DNA of 64,000 nt from Macrostomum lignano. Lineage: Eukaryota. The position numbers and the translations under genes are program-made. Numbering within the stretch: the stretch's first letter is position 1; each line of letters begins with the position of its first letter. The notes below the pieces were generated by a model. That model was not told the DNA's origin and searched no databases. It worked only from the letters and a program-made list of their open reading frames with translations. This document shows positions 59,522 through 64,000 of this stretch, in pieces. The DNA lies in NCBI GenBank assembly GCA_002269645.1, contig NIVC01002200.1:124001-188000 (forward strand). The letters run 5' to 3'.

Positions 59522-61764
59522 GCACTAGCTAGACCGAACGCATAGCTCTCTGAATGGGGTCTCGCCCTAGACACATTGTTGTGACCTTAGGATACACACC
59601 GGTCCCGCCAACAGCCCAGGAAACTCAATCTTTTGTTGCCAAGGCTGCAGTGAGGCGCAGTGCTGATTGGTCGCACAGGGGCGTATTGAATATACTAGCG
59701 CTTATGGGAAAAGTTCGACCTTCTGGCAAAATCGTTGTATATCTCTCGACAGTCCGGAGGGCTGGCCACACTTGATTCTTGTTTGAGAAGGTGCGCAACA
59801 AAAAGTTCTCTGTGTTCTGGAATTCCGTGTGCCTGCGTTGCTGCGTTCCGGTGCAGCAAACATTGTCAGGGGGATTCGATTCCCCCTTTGGTAGTTCCAC
59901 GGGCGGAAAATGGCTTAACATTCCTACTGTTAATTAGCCGACCTTTTTGATTATTATTTCTCCCCTCATCGTCAACCTATTAATCATGAAAATAGCTTTT
60001 ACAGAGAGACACTTCTGATCTTGATGAAGACCGTCAGTCCGCTACGCACAGCGTGCAATTAAAGATTGTGCATGCTAATGGCAGTCTATCATTAAACGAA
60101 TTCACTACAGACTTCGCAACGCATTATCAGCTATTTAGTATAGCTTTACTATGCAAATCAATCCTGATGGATTTCGGTCCATGCAGTATTGGTTTTACTC
60201 CGGGAGCCAATTAATCCCTCCCGAATCTCTGTGCGACCGAATCTCTGTACGTGTATCTTTAATACTCTCATAGCCCCCCCCCCAGTATGAGTAAGTGATA
60301 GCAAAGTCTGGCTGATAGACAATTTGCATTGCAAAGTGCTTGCTCTCTCTCAGCTCTTATAGTCTTAGCGATGGAGAATCAAGGAGACTGAGAGGACTCG
60401 CATAGCTCTGCACTGGTTCCGTGCTCAGCATTGGTGGCGGTGGCTCTGCAGCCTCCCCCGAGCACACCCAATATCCCCCCGCTAGCTGACTGGCAGAGAT
60501 TTACAATGGGTCGGGGATCAGTACTGTGGCTGTCAGTTAGCAGAAGTGCCAGTGTCCAAATCGAATAAAGAGCCCCATGAGAGTTTGGCTTGCAAATTCC
60601 CCTATTTGGGAATTTTCCGAGGGAAAGTCCAGCCCGAAGTGATCATCTCTCGGGAGTAAACTGCTCTCGTGTCGGAAGTAGAGCTTGAGCTGCAACTGAT
60701 CGACTCGCTAGCAGCTTGTACGCTGTCTTAGAACTGCACTTTATATTCGGAATTTTTGGTGCGCTAGGGCGTGAGAGACAGCTAGACTGCCGTAGCTTTG
60801 CAGCTCTGCGGGATCCCGTGTCTGCTGTCTAACCCCTCCCTTCCCCTCGCATCCCCCTCAGAGTGGCAGAGAAAAATTGCCGATTAACGCCAAAAGATTT
60901 GCATCTGTCAGATTTTCTGCCCCGGCCCCTCCAGTCCAACCCTACCTCCCTCGCCATTCCACACCCGACCAAGGAGGCCGAGAACCAGAAATTGGAGTAA
61001 GCAGCTCTTCCACAAACACCTCCCCAGTTTTCAGACAACTTAACTGTCAAGTCCGACTGGAGTTTTCCAATTTTTATAGCTTCAGTAAAATGACTTTAGA
61101 GTGTAAACTGAGAAACTGCAGCCAGCCCAGACACTTGTCTGAAAACTGGTTGGGTAGCTGTTTTGGGGAAAAGCTGCCACTCCGTTCCGGGACCTGTGTC
61201 TTTAATACTCCTTGACCCAACCTGCGCCGCTACGGGTTCACTCTGAAGTTCTCCCAGCACCGCCAGGGAGGGGAATGAAGGGGAATGGACGAAAAAGGCC
61301 AACCACCCCATGCATATAGGGGTGATGAGGAAATGGAAGACCGCCCTGCCGCCGGATTAAGCAGTAGATATATATAGAGATAGCTAGATATATACTCTGA
61401 ATATATTCTACACGGCTTCATAGGATTCGGTGGGAGACGCAGCGCCTCGGGATTGGTTGGGGCTGGGGGGAGGAGAGAGGGGGAGAGAGGATAAAACGGA
61501 TCCAAGAGGAGAAGAGGCGGCAGGCATAGCTGGCATCCCAAACTATAAAATAGTCCTCCCAGCCACCGCAGCGGCAACAGATCATTGCCAATTTCTCCTG
61601 TATAGCAACTTTGCCGTCTCCGATCGATAGCTAAAACTTTTCTAATCCCCTGCGTATAAAAAGTTTTTTCTCTGTGTCCGAGAGAAGCTCAGAAAAGTTT
61701 TGCCGCAGGTTGGCCACCCAGCAGCACCCGGACGCGCTAGTCTTGCTGAACCACAGCCGGTGGC

Positions 61765-61945
61765 ATGCCTTCGGGCTTGGCCGCCGCTTCACCGCTGCTG
61801 CTGCTGCCGCTGCTGCTGCTGCCGCTGCTGAGTCCTGTCCGCGCCCAGACTCAGGCCGACGACAATTCCAATTCCGCCCGTTTGTCAAGCGCTATTCGTC
61901 GACTAACGCAAAACTATGACAACAGGCTTAGGCCTAACTTTGGCA
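61765..61945 (+). CDS. Cys-loop ligand-gated anion channel (GABA/glycine/GluCl type), exon 1
   Basis: Leucine-rich signal peptide, then RRLTQNYDNRLRPNFG (the YD.RLRP.FG motif), ending at a phase-1 GTGAGA donor. The rest lies beyond the window. Confidence 0.82.
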
Positions 61946-62064
61946 GTGAGAACTCCGTTACTATGATGCTATTGTTACCTGCTCCCGTTCTTTATTGACT
62001 GACAACCTGCCGAATTCGTCACTTTTGCACATAGCTCTGCTACTCCCTTAATTTTCAAAATGTG

Positions 62065-64000
62065 CTGCATCACACCCTATTTTATTCCATGTCTACTCTC
62101 CATCTCATCCCGTCTATTCCCCATCTCACCCTGTCTATTCCACATCTCACCCTGTCTATTCCACATCTCACCCTGTCTATTCCACATCTCACCCTGTCTA
62201 TTCCACATCTCACCCTGTCTATTCCCCATCTCACCCTGTCTATTCCCCATCTCCTTCTGTCTATTCCCCATCTCCCTCTGTCTCTCCCTTCTCCTTCTGT
62301 CTATTCCACATCTCACCCTGTCTATTCCACATCTCACCCTGTCTATTCCACATCTCACCCTGTCTATTCCCCATCTCACCCTGTCTATTCCCAATCTCCT
62401 TCTGTCTATTCCCCATCTCCCTCTGTCTCTCCCTTCTCCTTCTGTCTATTCCACATCTCACCCTGTCTATTCCACATCTCACCCTGTCTATTCCACATCT
62501 CACCCTGTCTATTCCACATCTCACCCTGTCTATTCCCCATCTCACCCTGTCTATTCCCCATCTCCTTCTGTCTATTCCCCATCTCCCTCTGTCTCTCCCT
62601 TCTCCTTCTGTCTATTCCACATCTCACCCTGTCTATTCCACATCTCACCCTGTCTATTCCCCATCTCACCCTGTCTATTCCACATCTCACCCTGTCTATT
62701 CCACATCTCACCCTGTCTATTCCCCATCTCACCCTGTCTATTCCCCATCTCCTTCTGTCTATTCCCCATCTCCCTCTGTCTCTCCCTTCTCCTTCTGTCT
62801 ATTCCACATCTCACCCTGTCTATTCCACATCTCACCCTGTCTATTCCACATCTCACCCTGTCTATTCCACATCTCACCCTGTCTATTCCCCATCTCACCC
62901 TGTCTATTCCCCATCTCACCCTGTCTATTCCACATCTCACCCTGTCTATTCCACATCTCACCCTGTTTATTCCACATCTCTTCTGTCTATTCCCCATCTC
63001 CCTCTGTCTCTCCCTTCTCCTTCTGTCTATTCCACATCTCACCCTGTCTATTCCACATCTCACCCTGTCTATTCCCCATCTCACCCTGTCTATTCCACAT
63101 CTCACCCTGTCTATTCCACATCTCACCCTGTCTATTCCACATCTCACCCTGTCTACTCTCCATCTCATCCCGTCTATTCCCCATCTCATCCCGTCTATTC
63201 CCCATCTCACCCTGTCTATTCCACATCTCACCCTGTCTATTCCACATCTCACCCTGTCTATTCCTCATCTCATCCTGTCTATTCCACATCTCACTCTGTC
63301 TATTCCACATCTCACCCTGTCTATTCCCCATCTCACCCTGTCTATTCCACATCTCACCCTGTCTATTCCACATCTCCTTCTGTCTATTCCCCATCTCCCT
63401 CTTTCTCTCCCTTCTCCTTCTGTCTATTCCCCATCTCACCCTGTCTATTTCTCATATCATCCTGTCTATTCCACATCTCACCCTGTCTATTCCACATCTC
63501 CTTCTGTCTATTCCCCATCTCACCCTGTCTATTCCACATCTCCTTCTGTCTATTCCCCATCTCATCCTGTCTATTCCACATCTCACCCTGTCTATTCCAC
63601 ATCTCACCCTGTCTATTCCCCATCTCACCCTGTCTATTCCCCATCTCCTTCTGTCTATTCCCCATCTCCCTCTGTCTCTCCCTTCTCCTTCTGTCTATTC
63701 CCCATCTCGCCCTGTCTATTCCACATCTCACCCTGTCTATTCCACATCTCACCCTGTCTATTCCCCATCTCATCCCGTCTATTCCCCATCTCATCCCGTC
63801 TATTCCCCATCTCATCCCGTCTATTCCCCATCTCACCCTGTCTATTCCACATGTGTCTATTACACATCTCACTCTGTCTATTCCACATCTCACCCTGTCT
63901 ATTCCCCATCTCATCCTGTCTATTCCACATCTCATCCCGTCTATTCCCCATCTCACCCTGTCTATTCCACATGTGTCTATTACACATCTCACTCTGTCTA
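62065..64000. repeat. 21-bp pyrimidine-rich minisatellite (TCTATTCCACATCTCACCCTG) in channel intron 1
   Basis: Tandem periodicity of 21 nt, with recurring TCCCTCTGTCTCTCCCTTCTCCTTC interruptions. Runs off the window end. Confidence 0.97.

Noticed and set aside
59868-59890. GGGGGATTCGATTCCCCC hairpin suggestive of an ncRNA
   Set aside because: An isolated short stem with no recognisable RNA family context.

Overview
This is eukaryotic (animal) genomic DNA with spliceosomal introns. GC-rich exons with minisatellite-filled introns suggest a free-living flatworm such as Macrostomum (inference; the taxon cannot be established from the window). All models were derived by eye from splice signals, reading frame and recalled family motifs; no searches were run. 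Host genes: the 5' end of an unknown minus-strand gene (ATG at 2450) directly behind XPA; XPA (2 exons); a tandem pair of 3-exon genes that may encode death-domain + TIR-like proteins; an MTMR9-like pseudophosphatase; a complete 7-exon Neurexin IV/Caspr gene; Pur-alpha (3 exons), with a possible nested small gene in intron 2; and exon 1 of a Cys-loop anion channel. Mobile DNA: a four-element antisense train in the ~9.9 kb MTMR9 intron (I-group LINE, CACTA/EnSpm end whose ORF2 carries a CIDE-N-like domain, RTE, THAP/P element); an apparently intact hAT element with TIRs and an 8-bp TSD; a P-family MITE; a palindromic MITE; and two tRNA-derived SINE families, one CORE-like. About 17 distinct minisatellite arrays fill introns and gene flanks, and most long ORFs in the supplied track are repeat artefacts. 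Top leads: the transposon-borne CIDE-N protein, the DD/TIR-like tandem genes, intron-filling minisatellites, and an operon-like XPA junction with an unpaired splice acceptor.
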